This document shows positions 1 to 12,865 of a stretch of 64,000 nt of DNA, in pieces; positions within the stretch are counted from its first letter, which is position 1; each line of letters begins with the position of its first letter. The translations under genes and the position numbers were made by a program. This DNA comes from Camelus dromedarius (Eukaryota): positions 95,978,001-96,042,000 of the forward strand of contig NC_087437.1 in the NCBI RefSeq assembly GCF_036321535.1, read 5' to 3'. The notes beneath the pieces were generated by a model. The model did no database searches. It was not told the DNA's origin and worked only from the letters and a program-made list of their open reading frames with translations.

Positions 1-110
1 AAGGAATATATGTATGTTGATGTATGACTGAAACATTATGCTGTACACCAGAAATTGACAGATTATAAACTGACTATACCTCAATTAAAATATATACATA
101 TTTAAAAAAA
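1..110 (+). mobile_element. 3' end of a young L1 (3' UTR plus A-rich tail), cut by the window edge
   Basis: TGTATGACTGAAACATTATGCTGTACACCAGAAATTGACA...TGACTATACCTCAATTAAAA followed by an A-rich tail. A reverse-complement relative lies at about 25530-25625. Confidence 0.8.
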
Positions 111-169
111 TATTTTACTTCTCATTATTTTATTGTTAGTGTTTTGTTTTTCGATCCTATCATTAATAC

Positions 170-1620
170 ACTTTTTTTAATTGTCAGCTTTATTTCCCAA
201 TTGTTTGCTGCTATTATATAAAAATGCTATTATTTATACTGACCTTGTATCCAATGCCTTTGCTAAATTCACTTCTTAGTTCTCGTATTTGTTTTATAGA
301 TACTTTAACATATTCTACATTTACAAAAGAAAAATTCATGTCATTTGTGAATAAAGGGTGTTTTACTACCTCCTTTATGATCTGCTTGTCTTACAGTTCA
401 TTGTCTTTCCATGTTGCATGGGGAATGACTTCCAATACAGTACTGAATATAAGCAGTGCAGGCAGGCATGCTTGTCTCATTCCTGGTCTTATGGGAAAAG
501 TGTCTTTGACCTTTAAGTGTCATGCTATTTGGAATAATTCTGCATATTCCTTTCATCAAATTAAAAATATCCTCTTCAATTCTTATTTGCTGAGAACTTT
601 TATAGTGAATGGACATTGAATAGTTTCAAAGATTTTTTCCTTAGTCTATTGAAATGATTATATGAGTTTCCCCTTATTCTGTTAATGTAGTAAGTTACAA
701 TGACTTTTTGAAAAATCTACTGTCTCACTTTGTGAGTGTGGGGCAGCAGTGGGGCATATAGCTCCTCCAGTTCTCAGATGGTCTCCTCCTTCAGCTTCTC
801 TGAATTCTGGGCCAAGTGCATACACAACCCTGGGTGAATGCTGCCAGCTTCTCCCACAAGTTACCCATGACATGAAAGTTGGAGGTGATAAGAGAGAAAT
901 GGGTTCTAGTTCTCCATTAACTTTTTAAAACGTTAAACCAACTTAAAATTCCTGGTACTATCACCCTCTTGGTCATTATACTGATTTGATATGTATTGCT
1001 GAATTTTATTTGCAAATATTTTGTAGAGAATATTTGCATCTAAGTTCATGAGAGGTATTTGTCTGTAGTTCCTTTCCTTGTAATGACTTTGTGTAACTTT
1101 GTTATCAGGGAAGTTAATGTTTTATTAAACAAATTGAAAGTATTTCCTACTTAATTTTCTGAAACAGTTTGTGTGAGATGGGATTATATTTCCCTCAAAT
1201 GGTTGCTAGAATTTACCAGTGAATCCATCTGGGGCTGCAGTTTTCTTTGTGAACAAATTTTTTTATAATAAACTTAATTTCTTTAATATACGTATGAATA
1301 TTACAGTTTTCTACTAATCTTGTGTAGAGTTGGTATGTTGATTCTGCAAAGAATTTGTTGATTTCATCCAAAATTTGTGTTAATTGCATTTTTCAGAATT
1401 CCATTTTATTTAACTATTTGATTTTAGCTAACCTTCCCTGTACTATCTTGGTGGTTGCTCTAGGAGTTGCAGTGTGTACCTTTAACATCTCAGTCTACTC
1501 AGTGTTAAAATTGGACCACTTCACGTAAAGTTTTAAAAACTCACAGCCGTGTAGGCCCACTTACCTCATCCCCTCCATTCTTTCTGCCATAGTTGTCCCT
1601 TGTATATAAATCATATAACA
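170..1620 (-). mobile_element. Old L1M fragment (ORF2 region and upstream part), antisense, with a ~200 bp insertion at about 715-919
   Basis: Typical antisense L1 ORF2 text, e.g. GACCTTGTATCCAATGCCTTTGCTAAATTCAC, CTTGTCTCATTCCTGGTCTTATGGGAAAAG and TAGAATTTACCAGTGAATCCATCTGGGGCTG. Heavily diverged with no intact ORF. Confidence 0.85.
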
Positions 1621-1995
1621 TAAATTTATATTTTTAAACAAAATTTTATATATATTTTAAATTAAGAGAAAAAAGTGTATATGATATATATTATATAATT
1701 ATAGTGGTATTTCTTTGAAAACATCATGAAAGCCCTGTCCCTTAGCAACATTTGAGCCTTTCATCCTGTATATCTCAGTGTGAATGAATTGATCAAATTC
1801 CTTTCTAAAAGTAAGTTCTTACGGGTTGCATCAGGCAACTCAGTAACTTGTTGGTCAGAAAGACAAAGCTAAAATCAAGGGGAGAAACTGGTTTATTTTT
1901 CCTTCACTAATATCTATACTCTTTCGTGTTGTTGTATGACTCCTTAAGACACTATTCTTCATGTAACAACCTCTCTGCCCTAAACAGATTCACAG

Positions 1996-1999
1996 CACG

Positions 2000-2073
<74 letters not shown>
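1996..2073. repeat. (CA)33 microsatellite with a short CG/CA lead-in
   Basis: Pure CA run at 2008-2073, preceded by CACGCACGCGCG. Confidence 0.99.
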
Positions 2074-2077
<4 letters not shown>

Positions 2078-2921
2078 CAATGACTAAAATGCACACCACA
2101 GGAAGTGGTTAGTACAAGTGGGAAAGTTTGATTAGAATGATGAGTTAGAGGAAGGTCATCAAACTTCATGATGAATTGCAAAGCAAGGACAAAGGAAAAA
2201 GAATGTGCTTTACACAAAACTTTATCTTATTCAAGTAATCTGCCGGAAAGAGCCACGGTCGACAGAGCCATTAATTTCTTAGTTTAATAGTTTGAGGTGA
2301 ATTGCTTTAAGGAATGGTCTGTTCAGAACTGAAGCTATTGTAAGCCTTTGCAGGCAGCATAATTAAAAGTAGAGTGATTACCTCGGTGCTAATGACTGAA
2401 TTTTGGACATAACAATGAACAAATGATTTTGCAGATATTTATCATCACAGGAAAACACAATTTAAACAATAACTTTTTAGGTTAAAGAGTTTATTAGTGG
2501 TAAATGGAACAAATGATCTGAAACACTGTGATATAAAGGAATTTAGTCTTAAATGATCTAGCAGAGAAATAAAATGAATTTCAGATCCAAACAGCTTTGG
2601 GATGTAGTAATTTTTTTACTATATTATTAGAAATTGTAGACTAGAATGAATGTAACTGTTCACTTAATTAAATAAATAGTAGACAAAAATAAGTTCTTTA
2701 AAATTATTCTTAACATTAAAGTCAAATACATTTTATATAGATAATCATAAAATCCTAAAATGTACAAAATCTTCTCAAAAGTTGGAATTCTTTTGTACAT
2801 TTTAATACACATGTAATATTTGTATTACATTATGACACATGATTTGTAAGTTTAGTGGAAATTATGATTATTTTACTTTAGGAATACTTCTTTTGATGCA
2901 CATATAAATCTTGGGAGGTGT

Positions 2922-3463
2922 TGTTTGGTAGTTTCAACACCTAAGATAAGTGGGAGGAGAGGTAGGATGATCCGGAAGATGGCCGTATGCCTACCTTCAG
3001 CACAGTGGGGCTTTACTGCCTCTAAATGAGTGCCAGCAAGAGACCAGTTAGAACCCAGCGGCTGCAACTGTGTGGTAGCGACAAGGACCTAACCGAAAAT
3101 GACCCAATGCTTATTGTAATATAATTAGCATTGTGGTTTGGGCCCCCCTTGGATTTTTCTGTGTGCATCATGGGTAAGGACATGTGCAGAAGGGGACGAG
3201 CATGACTAAGCACTCCCGGGGCAAGAGCTGTCAGTCAATCAAGAGACCGCCTCTAAGCCAGGGTATAAGAGAAGGGGGAGACGGAGACCATTGCTCTCCG
3301 CCCTTGGACCAGCCTGCCCCCCGTTCTTGGAGGTATACTTTCCCTTTGCTAAATAAAACCTTTAAAATCTTTTGCTACACAATGCTTCCATCTCCCATCT
3401 GAATTCTTCTCTTTTGGGTAAGACAGAAACTTAGGTCTTTTCCCTTCCCCTTTTGGGGCAGCA
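2922..3463 (+). mobile_element. ERV solo LTR, 542 bp, ERV1-like (4-bp TSD)
   Basis: Starts TG (TGTTTGG) and ends CA (GGCAGCA). Perfect GTGT duplication at 2918-2921 and 3464-3467. TATAA at 3264 and AATAAA at 3352. No primer-binding site follows. Confidence 0.9.
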
Positions 3464-6400
3464 GTGTTACTAAATGTGAAATGCAGATTGAATGTCTTTT
3501 ACTAATTGTAGAAAGACACATACACTAAGAGAAGACTATGAAAATATTAGTCAGCAGTGCTAGGATCTGGTAAACAGGTAAAAAAATATGATTTGGCAAT
3601 TTATTTATAGCTACAACTTCTGTCAGTTTCATATATTTATGGTGAAATTGCTTTCATGTTTATTTAAAATATTTTTTAAAAATCAGGCAATTGACTAAGA
3701 AATCAGTTTGTAAAAGTAATAAATGTCAACTTAAAAAAAATCCTTCTGTTACCAGTTGATAAAAGAAAGGGCTTATTAATAATAATAAAATACAGTAAAT
3801 ATTAAAAGGGCATAAACCAAACTAGTGCTGATAAGAAAAATACTAGTTTATACTTTGTCCCATGGATACTTTGATGGTTCAAGACAGATGTTCTAGGCAA
3901 CAATTTACTAAATTGTAAGTATGTTCAGGTCGATATAATCAAGTGACAACAAGAGTTATCTCTTCATTTTGAACTTTGATAACACAAAGTGCTCAACAAT
4001 TAATGCTCACAGGGAAAGATGATTAAATCAACATCAATTAACAAAATAATTTTTAAGGTTAAAATATAATCTAAGTGTCCCAAGAAAGAAGCCCTTACTA
4101 ACCCAGAGAAAAAAAGCAATTACAAGTATATTTTTGTTGTTGTTATGAACCTTGTTAATTAACTAATAAAAACTGTGATTTTTCTCCTAGAAAATAGTCC
4201 CCATTTTTGCCGCTTCCCCTTAAATGCTGCCATTACAGGGTATTAAACACTTCCTTTAGGAGTCCAAGTTGTTGATGCCAACACACATATTGAAGGCATT
4301 AAGATGAGGGGAAGATTCATTTCTACAAATATGAAGAAAAGGAAAATCTTTTATACCCCAGAGAAGTCAGAGAATGTTATTAGAAAGCACAAGCTGCCTA
4401 ATGACCAGGAAGGATAATCTAGAAATAGGTGTTCACTTTAGAAGTGTCCTTATTTTAAGCAATGGTGATCCCAGTTCCATTAAATAAGCTTTTGCAAAAT
4501 AATTACCAAACATACACTAGTAAGTATCATATGAAAAAAAAAATTTTCCCTATGGGATCTAGATATGCTACTGGTAATTTAAGTGTTTGTTGATAGAATT
4601 TAGCAAAATTTAGGCTCACAACTTGAAAATGATGCATGAATTATATTTATGTCTCTGATAGTTATGTTCTAGAAAACAACATATTTCATTTATAATTTAA
4701 CATCAATTTGTTCTTTTACTTTTAGGCTTTATGAATGGGATGTAGGATAATCCCATCAACATGAGAATATTCATGTTAGATAATTCAGGATCAGATTACT
4801 GGGTTTTTTTGGTTTGTTTGCTTCTCATTAGAAGGGCTAACATTCTCAACAAAGGATTTTAATTTTGCTTGTATAGACATAGATTTTGTCATTATATCTT
4901 AGAAAGATTCTTTTAGGATTCTCTTAAAAGTTATGCTAGAAATTACTCTTAGTAATTTGTATAAAGGCACAGCATGGGAATTACAATAAAAATGCAAAAT
5001 CAGATGGCAGGTACTCAGTAACAATTTATAGAATGAGAGGTTTTATTCTGTCTGAACCTGAGTTCATATCTTTTGCCCTCTACATCTAGCTCAGGGCACA
5101 AACACCAAACCAAACACAGGAATGAACCCTCAAGACCCCAGGAGGCTTCATATGCTCATTTTCTTTGATATCTGATCATAGTGTAGGTGAACTAGTAGAT
5201 GAGAACACAAAGGTACTTATTCAGGTTAATTGGTGATTAAGTAAAACTATTAAAGTGTTTCTTAGTGAATTTCTGTCATTTTCAAAGTATTTTAGGCTGG
5301 ATGGAGTCTTGCCAAGCCTTCAAGCTTATGAAACGATTCATGGCTATTAAGAGCAAATGCCCTAGAGAGAGTAATCTCTGCTATCCCAACAAGCTGACCT
5401 TTTCCCAAAGACATAGCAATTTAATTATCTACTTTGAAAAGCACAATTATAGGAAAATTCAAAACCTGATTTATAGACAGGTTTTATATTCTCATCTATA
5501 ATGCATGTAAATAAGAGTCTTTGGGGTTCCTTTTTTTCTAGGGCTGTTATAGGTGTATTTTTTAGCTAATAAGTACTAAATAGTTCTTACTTTACAAAAT
5601 CATAGACTCTTTTTATTAAATCTCTGGTATTAGTGAAAAGAATATTTCAAATTATGAGTGTTTTACAGTCTGTTTTTCCTCCAAATTTTGCATATTATTT
5701 GCATTATTTTAAATAAACAGGTGCTTCTATCGCCTGTGAACCTGAGGAACTTGACCTGGATAGGATTTCTATTTAAGCACAAGCTGATGAAAATGATGTC
5801 ATCTTTTATTTTCTACTTAATGCTTCTATATTTTATCTTATAGAAGCCCAAAGTAGAAATTCATCATGAGATGAGCTTAAAATATGGGCTTGAAATAACA
5901 TAAATTATGCTCTTAGTCAGCTAATCAGTTTCAAATATTTATTGAAGATTCATCTACCTACCATTATCACCCCAACCAATTAGAGAAGGAAGGTATTTGA
6001 AAGCACAGCCCCCCCTAAACACCCCTCAAAGGACAAGCCTCAGATACCAATGCTTTTCTGTTTCCTAGTTTCTGTGTAAATGTCTTGCTTACACCTCAAT
6101 GCTGACTAGTTTTTGCTGGCCATATGCAATGTCAACACCAACAGGAGTCTTAGAACGAAAATCCTTTTTTGCTCTTATAAGATAGCATTCATACGGCCCA
6201 ATGGAGATATGAGTGATTATTTTGTATAACTGTAGCTGTCTATGTCAAAATGTAAATGTAAAATTTTAGGACATTTTGCTTTAATGATACCTAGTGTAGA
6301 AATGCAAGTGTGGCAGTGCAGATAAGAGAAAACGTTGGAGACTAAAACTGTCATCAGTGTTAAAGAGGGAGTAGCCAAGAAACTGGCTCAATTGAAACCA

Positions 6401-7318
6401 GATGGCAGACAGGTGCTCTCCAGATCCAAAGAGATATTACAAGAAGTGAGAAAGAATGGAGAGAAGGATGCTACAGAAATCAGTAAAAGAAATAAACAGC
6501 AGTTTGCAAGTCACAGAGCCTAATGGCACACAGTAAGCCTGAAACTACACTATATACCTGAAAGTTTACCACATTAGCATTGAAGACCATGAAAGAGTTC
6601 CTCCTTCTATAGTCACCCAAAGTTTTATTTATATATATACACTCATATATACATATACACACACGTACATATGTTTGAAACTAAACCCTATAGGAAAATA
6701 CAGAAATACAAAGGTAATAAGAAACATTATTTAGCTGTAAGGCATAAATGCAAAAAACAACATACGCAGGTATGTATCAAGACTGAACAATGGTACCTGG
6801 AAGATAACTCATCTCAGAGGCATAATTATGGAGGTGGGAAAAATTTTCACTTAGAAATCTCTGTATATTGAGAGCATATATTAAGAATCCAGAATCAATG
6901 GGAGATTCCAGGAAGAAAAAGTAAGATCTAACTATCAATTTTCTTCCAGATCTTCACCATATGATACATCCAAAGCATCAACTGATTGAGAGAGTCGGTG
7001 TTGCTTCAGAAAGTTCTGATTTATGATCGAGTAACGTGAGCACCCTTCTCCCCAGGCATAAATACCCCTTATGCTTTTTACCCCAGAATGTAAAGTCTGA
7101 GTATCAGAGGAAAAAATTAAAATCTGGTAAAAATAGATGAAAGGGTAAAATCTAAAATCGATTTAGTTTGACCTTTTTGAAAAGTTATTTATGAATTACT
7201 TTAAATTCTTGTTAAATAGCCATAAAGTTAGTAATTTTATATATTTTAATGCATACTTAAAAAGATAGGGTAAATCTCCATGATTCTGAATTGTTTAGAG
7301 GTGAGAAAGGCAGGAATG

Positions 7319-7321
<3 letters not shown>

Positions 7322-7375
<54 letters not shown>
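7322..7375. repeat. (AT)27 microsatellite
   Basis: Uninterrupted AT run. Confidence 0.99.
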
Positions 7376-7379
<4 letters not shown>

Positions 7380-7419
7380 TTAGGATGCAGTACTGTATCA
7401 TAGTTAATAACATGAATCT

Positions 7420-8290
7420 ACAGAAAAGAAAATGAGATATGAAGCATCAAACCCTGAAATTAATCATATATCTAGGCAGTGTTCTGGAGGGTGGTGGGAC
7501 TTTGAAGGGGACTGAGAAAATGGAGGAAAGGAAATGATCCAAGAAAAATGGAAGAGAATTTTCCAGAGATGATGAAAGGAAGTTTCAATCAAAAGAATCT
7601 ACCAAGTGCCAAGCAAAATAAACTTGTAATTACCCAACACTAGACACATCATTGTGCAATTATAGAATACTAACACTAAAGAGGTCTGAAAAGCTTCCAG
7701 AGAACAAAAACAGTTTACCTCCAAAGGAAGGAAACTTAGAATATAATAGACAAGTTATTAGCAACAGTGACTTCTAGAAGTCAGAAGAACAGTGCTGTCA
7801 AAGATTTGACAGAAATTATTTTAAACCTGTAATGCACCTTTGCCAGTCCTTCATAATTTGTGAAGAAAAATTGAAGATAATTTTAGAAATATGGGAATCA
7901 AAAAGTTTATATCTTTTGAATATACATATATTTTTAATTACTAAAGGATATTATCTGGAAAAATGCAAAAGGAATACAAAAAGAAGAAAACATGGTATAT
8001 AAGGACAGTATGGATCTAACCTTTGGGAAAAAGAACTTGGAATGACAGCTATGCAGCAAATAAAGAAAAGCTTAAAAGATTTGTCTCATAGTGAAATGCC
8101 ACAAGTTATAACCAAAGACTCGGAGAAGTATGTCTTCAGAAAATAAATTTTATTAAATAAACTTTGTGATTAAGATGGATTATCTTAGCAATATGGTGAA
8201 AAATCATAATATATTTCAACAAAAAACTTTTACAGACTCTAGAAAAATACCCTCACAAGAAATCTTGGTCAGAACGTGAAATAAAATTGG
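7420..8290 (+). mobile_element. Degenerate L1 ORF1-like fossil (HAL1/L1ME type)
   Basis: A-rich ORF1-like text: GAGAATTTTCCAGAGATGATGAAAG, CCAACACTAGACACATCATTGTGCAATT and AAAAGCTTCCAGAGAACAAAAACAG. Confidence 0.7.
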
Positions 8291-9519
8291 TGTTAAAGTT
8301 GGATACAACTAACCTTTCTGAGCTATGCTTTTACTTCCCTTTTTTTTTAATAAACATGGTAGAAGTTTCAAAACACCAAGAACAGAGACCAGTCAAGTGT
8401 ACCATAATTTCTTCATAAAACAATGATATAAAAGTCATAAAAGGCCAACTTATCCCACTGAAATCAACCCTCGAGTCTCATGACTTTTAACCTAATGAAA
8501 GTTTATGTCTTGACTGATTTTATCACAGATGAATTTTTTTTATCAAGCTACCCTTCTATGTGCTTTCCTGCAAGGAGTGACCTAGAGAACCATGCTCTTT
8601 CCATTGTGTGGTTATCAAGTGTCATCGTTCTTGATTTTTCAGATGACTGACGGGGAAATAGAATGTGTAGGACATTTTAGGGGCCTGTCTGAGGGGTGGC
8701 TTCCATCACTCCTATCCACGTTCCACTCAATCCCACGGCCAACCAAAGTGGAGGGGCACATGATAAAAATGGACATGATAGTTTCAGCCACAAACACCAA
8801 GCAAGGTTATGATGCTATCTATTAGTGTTTGACTCTTTGTTGTCTAAAGAGAAATTACCAATTGTATGGTTCATTTGGTCTTAAAGAGACACCTAGAAGC
8901 TTTTGTTCAGCTTGTCACAAAGCTTTGTACCCTCAACAGAGAACTCTGTTAAAATGGAGATATTATTGCACCCTCTTGTTAATCCCTAGAGAATAAATTA
9001 TGAGCCATGATGATACCAAATCACAGCTCCATGACCTCATCTGAGACTGTGCAGATCCCTCTCTATTCTTTAATAGAAAACTAAAGGAGAACACAAACAT
9101 AATATTTAGATAGAATAAGATGTTTTAGAAGAATTTCGCATACTTTTTATCTTCTTGCTTCTCATTACAAAATGCATAATGTTTCTTCTGGAAGGAGAAC
9201 AAACAGATCCTACTGTGACATATTAAAATATGTATGTTTTCCAATTCCAATCTAACTTGCTTCCCAGAAGAAAGAGATATATTGTTAATTACAATGAGTA
9301 TTAGGGAACTTGGATCTCCCAAATCAGGCATTCTTTTGAGCAACTGTGAAGATAAAATAAATCCATCTGACCTTGAAACTTACAACATTCTCCTTCAAAT
9401 GGCACATAGGACAGCATAATTTTCTCTTCAAGTGCAATCACTCTGCTTAGTTGCACTGTGTGATATGTAAATAATCACCAAATCGAAAGCACAGTTTATT
9501 GATTTTCAATTTTTAGACT

Positions 9520-9990
9520 CTATAGGCAAAGTACTGAAGAATTAATTACAGTAACAAAATATAAATACTATAAACTTTGATAGCATACAGGTAAAAAGAG
9601 GGAAGTTAAAGTGTCTATTCAAGTGTAAAAGTGGAGAGTAAACTTTGTTTAAAATTGGTGGAACACTAACTAGAGGTTAGAACAAGAAGAGACGGTAGCA
9701 GATGAACTAAATTGTAGCAATTTACATGGAAGACTGGGAGCAGAGGACAGGTAATGGTGAATTCATTATTTTTTATTGGCAGGAAAGCAATAGATAGTGT
9801 TTAAGTTTAATAAAGAAAGACTTTAGACATGAGTGTATTATTTTGATTTTGGTTAACTAAAAATATTACAAAGTGATAGTTAAATCTGACTACATGTAGG
9901 AGATGGGAATGAGGATAAGGAACATTTTATTTTTGCTTAATACTCTCTTTACTGATTGATCATTTTTAACCATGTGAAGGTCTTACTCTA
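9520..9990 (+). mobile_element. Ancient L1ME/HAL1-like 3' fragments
   Basis: Ends in GGAACATTTTATTTTTGCTTAATACTCTCTTTACTGATTGATCATTTTTAACCATGTG, resembling L1ME 3' termini. Confidence 0.4.
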
Positions 9991-11334
9991 CATGTACGAC
10001 TTTTATGGAAAAAGGTAAAAATTTGCAATTATAATAATATCGACAGAGTATGTTGCACTGTCCTACACACACTATCTTGATATGGATTCAGACATGACTC
10101 TGAAATGACAGCATTCGAGAATCATGTGTAATATTAAGGGCAACATGTTCAAGCCTCTATCAGATACATGAATGCTGTTTCTTAGCACGGCTTTCAAGGA
10201 AGCTCGCTCGATCTTTCAGTACAGCGTTCCATCGCAGTGTAGCGCGAGTCATTGGTAGTTTCTCCCCTAGTCATCAAAAGCTACCTCATTTCAACCTTGC
10301 CCATTTGTTCTTAAGTTAACTACTGGCACAATAATAATATTTGAATTAAAGGAGATTAAAACATTAGAAATTCAATTTATAGAAATATTTTTTATCTCAA
10401 AAGTGGCAATAAAATGGATTTATTCATATTACCCCGGTTTGTTAACAATTCACTAAATCCCATTTAACCACTATAGATGAGCACCAAGGGGTGCATCCGG
10501 CTTGTCATCTGGTGGAATCACTCTCCCCCTGTTAACAATAATAGGCCTTATTATTAAAGTGTACTATGATCTGTGAAGAACTGCCACAGCTTATTTTAAT
10601 TCAGTAGAAAATTACCTCTGTTACTACTTCAGTGACAAACAAAACTAAGAAGAGACAAACCTAAATCTCCACAGTCTTGATAATACGTGATCGTTTACGG
10701 GGGATTTATGCTGCTGGAGGTCTATTTTAGAAGCTTTTCCAATAGCAGTATCTGTCTTAGATTTTCTCCGTTATTCCAAACTCATAATCATCCTCATTTC
10801 CTTGCAGGTGAAACTTTGGTTTTGCCTTTTATTTGGCTGCTATTATTCCAAAGACAAGAATATGTGAGGGACATTTTCATCCTAATAATGCATGTTCACA
10901 GATAATAGTGTATCTGTTATAATATATTCATTATAATATACTTGTAAACAGAAATCTAAACGTAAAATAAGCTGTAAAATGGTGGCTCAACAAAACTCTT
11001 TTGTATTCAAACAGTTTACATTCCTTCCAAGGTGAAAGAGAATAAAGAAATTAGAAGTTCATGACGCACTTTCTTGCCTCAGTATTAGGAGAGACTGAGC
11101 CATGGTATGTATGCTTAAATGTGAGCCTGGATACTGTGTGGCCCAGCCTGCTTGCCAAACTTAACGGCCCCTACCCAAATTTCCTTAAAATAATCAACAT
11201 GGTATGTTCTTTTAGGCAAGAAAGAACATATATCATAAAGATAACTTCTCTTTTTCAAAAATAAGCAAAGGGGATTCTGAAAAAAATGGTAGCTATGGAG
11301 TGGTCGTTTTTGAATCTTTCCAATATCCCTGTAG

Positions 11335-11470
11335 AAAAAAACAGATGAACATCTACAACCAAACGAGATGTAAGTTATCCTCGCTAATGAAAAAATGGAA
11401 TCAAGCAAGGCCAGGATTGCAACCCAGGCAGTCTCCCTCCAAAGTCCAAGCTCCCACTAACCACGCTGGG
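11335..11470 (-). mobile_element. MIR SINE fragment
   Basis: GCCAGGATTGCAACCCAGGCAGTCTCCCTCCAAAGTCCAAGCTC is the reverse complement of the MIR 5' region. Confidence 0.7.
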
Positions 11471-12494
11471 CTACTGCAAAGAATATGTGAAGCTACCATC
11501 ACTGTGTTCCCATCATCCTGGGCTTGCATGGTTACTGTTGTGTAAAGATGATGCTATGTTGAGAGCAGAAAAGCAGGCTCCTTCCCTCCTCGGTGTACTC
11601 TAGACACAAAGAAAACTCTTTTAAAGGCAGCTTTCCCTGAGGAATGTCACTGGTCTGTGTTGGTTTGTTCACGTGTGCTGGTCTCCCCCTGCTCCACAAG
11701 TGAGCACTGAAATCTGCTCAGTGGTCCCCTCGAAGGAACTGAGGCCGACACCACTGTATAATATCACAGGAACTACAACTCCATGGCAGCAAGACAAGGA
11801 TTGGTGAAGAATGACTGAATCCAACAATTGAGAGTGTCAGTTCTATCTTTTGCTACACAGGGAATTTCAGCATAATTACATACAAAGCCCATAGCGGATG
11901 AACTGTGGAATTCTGGTATGAAACTTGGTGATACTTTATTAGAGAAATGATAGTAGACTTTAACTTATTTGGGTAAAAGGATCCACATCCAATTTTTCCC
12001 TCTTCCCGAAACTGTATAGACTTCTTGGTTGTCTCAAACCTCCCACTCCTTGATTGGCAATTCTTTGTTTTAATGCTCTCATCACTAGTTCTTAGTCTGC
12101 ATTTCAAGACCTTCAGTCTCACTAATTATGTCCTCCTTTCAGGTGTGCAGAAAAATATCTGCTGTCTGCCTGCCTTGTTGTTGCCAAGGCTGGCTCTCCC
12201 CTTTTCGAATCTGAGCCCTCTTTGTGCACAGGTGTCCTGACAACAATCTGCCTTCTCGCCACCCCTGGGAATAGTGGTGTTTTATTCTGATGTCTTTGGC
12301 AGAAAGAGCCACTTACACTTTGGGGCCCAACCTGAGCATAGACTCTCTCTTGAGATATTTTCTGTGCTACACCATTAACCATCTTCCTAGCAACAGTGCT
12401 TTAGGAACATTATTTTCCAATTTACTCACTCGCAAAGTCATTAAGGCAAATGAAAACATCAACATGAGTTTTCAATACGTGATTTCTTCTCACC

Positions 12495-12865
12495 AGACAT
12501 GAGGGGTCTGGATATAGAGTGCCCTCAGGGGTTTGGGCAGCACACAGGACATCAAAACTTAGAGTTTTAGCAGCATGAAACTGTGAGAGCCAAATGTCAG
12601 TACAGCACACCAGAGGGTACCAGATTGGAAGCTGGTAGACAATCAGATTTCAAACCAGGCCAGGCAAAATGATGGTTCCCAGTTTGAAAACAAGGCAGAG
12701 GACTTAATGGTGGAGAATTCCCAAGTGGTGATGAAGTGACGATTTCCAAACAGAATGTGGAAAAAAACCAGCACACAGCTCTAGGGGTTTGTTATCTGAT
12801 TCAGAAGTATTTGGGCCTGGGAGATCTGGACGTGTTTATGGGTGAGCAGCAGGACATTGTTTTAG
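12495..12865. mobile_element. Possible very old LTR remnant, family unresolved
   Basis: Purine-rich block starting AGACATGAGGGGTCTGGATATAGAGTGCCCTCAGGGG, reminiscent of ancient mammalian Gypsy-type LTRs. No termini or TSD found. Confidence 0.25.

Noticed and set aside
224..619. 131-aa ORF on the + strand
   Set aside because: It is the antisense reading of a decayed L1 ORF2, and T-rich strands give spurious hydrophobic ORFs.
6335..6523. 62-aa charged ORF that looks superficially protein-like
   Set aside because: Purine-rich composition explains the K/E/R bias. It has a non-ATG start, no splice signals and no recognisable family.
11770..11790. GAACTACAACTCCATGGCAGC, resembling the ZNF143/THAP11 motif
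   Set aside because: Lacks the TCCCA core, has no CpG-island or promoter context, and lies in a probable L2 remnant.
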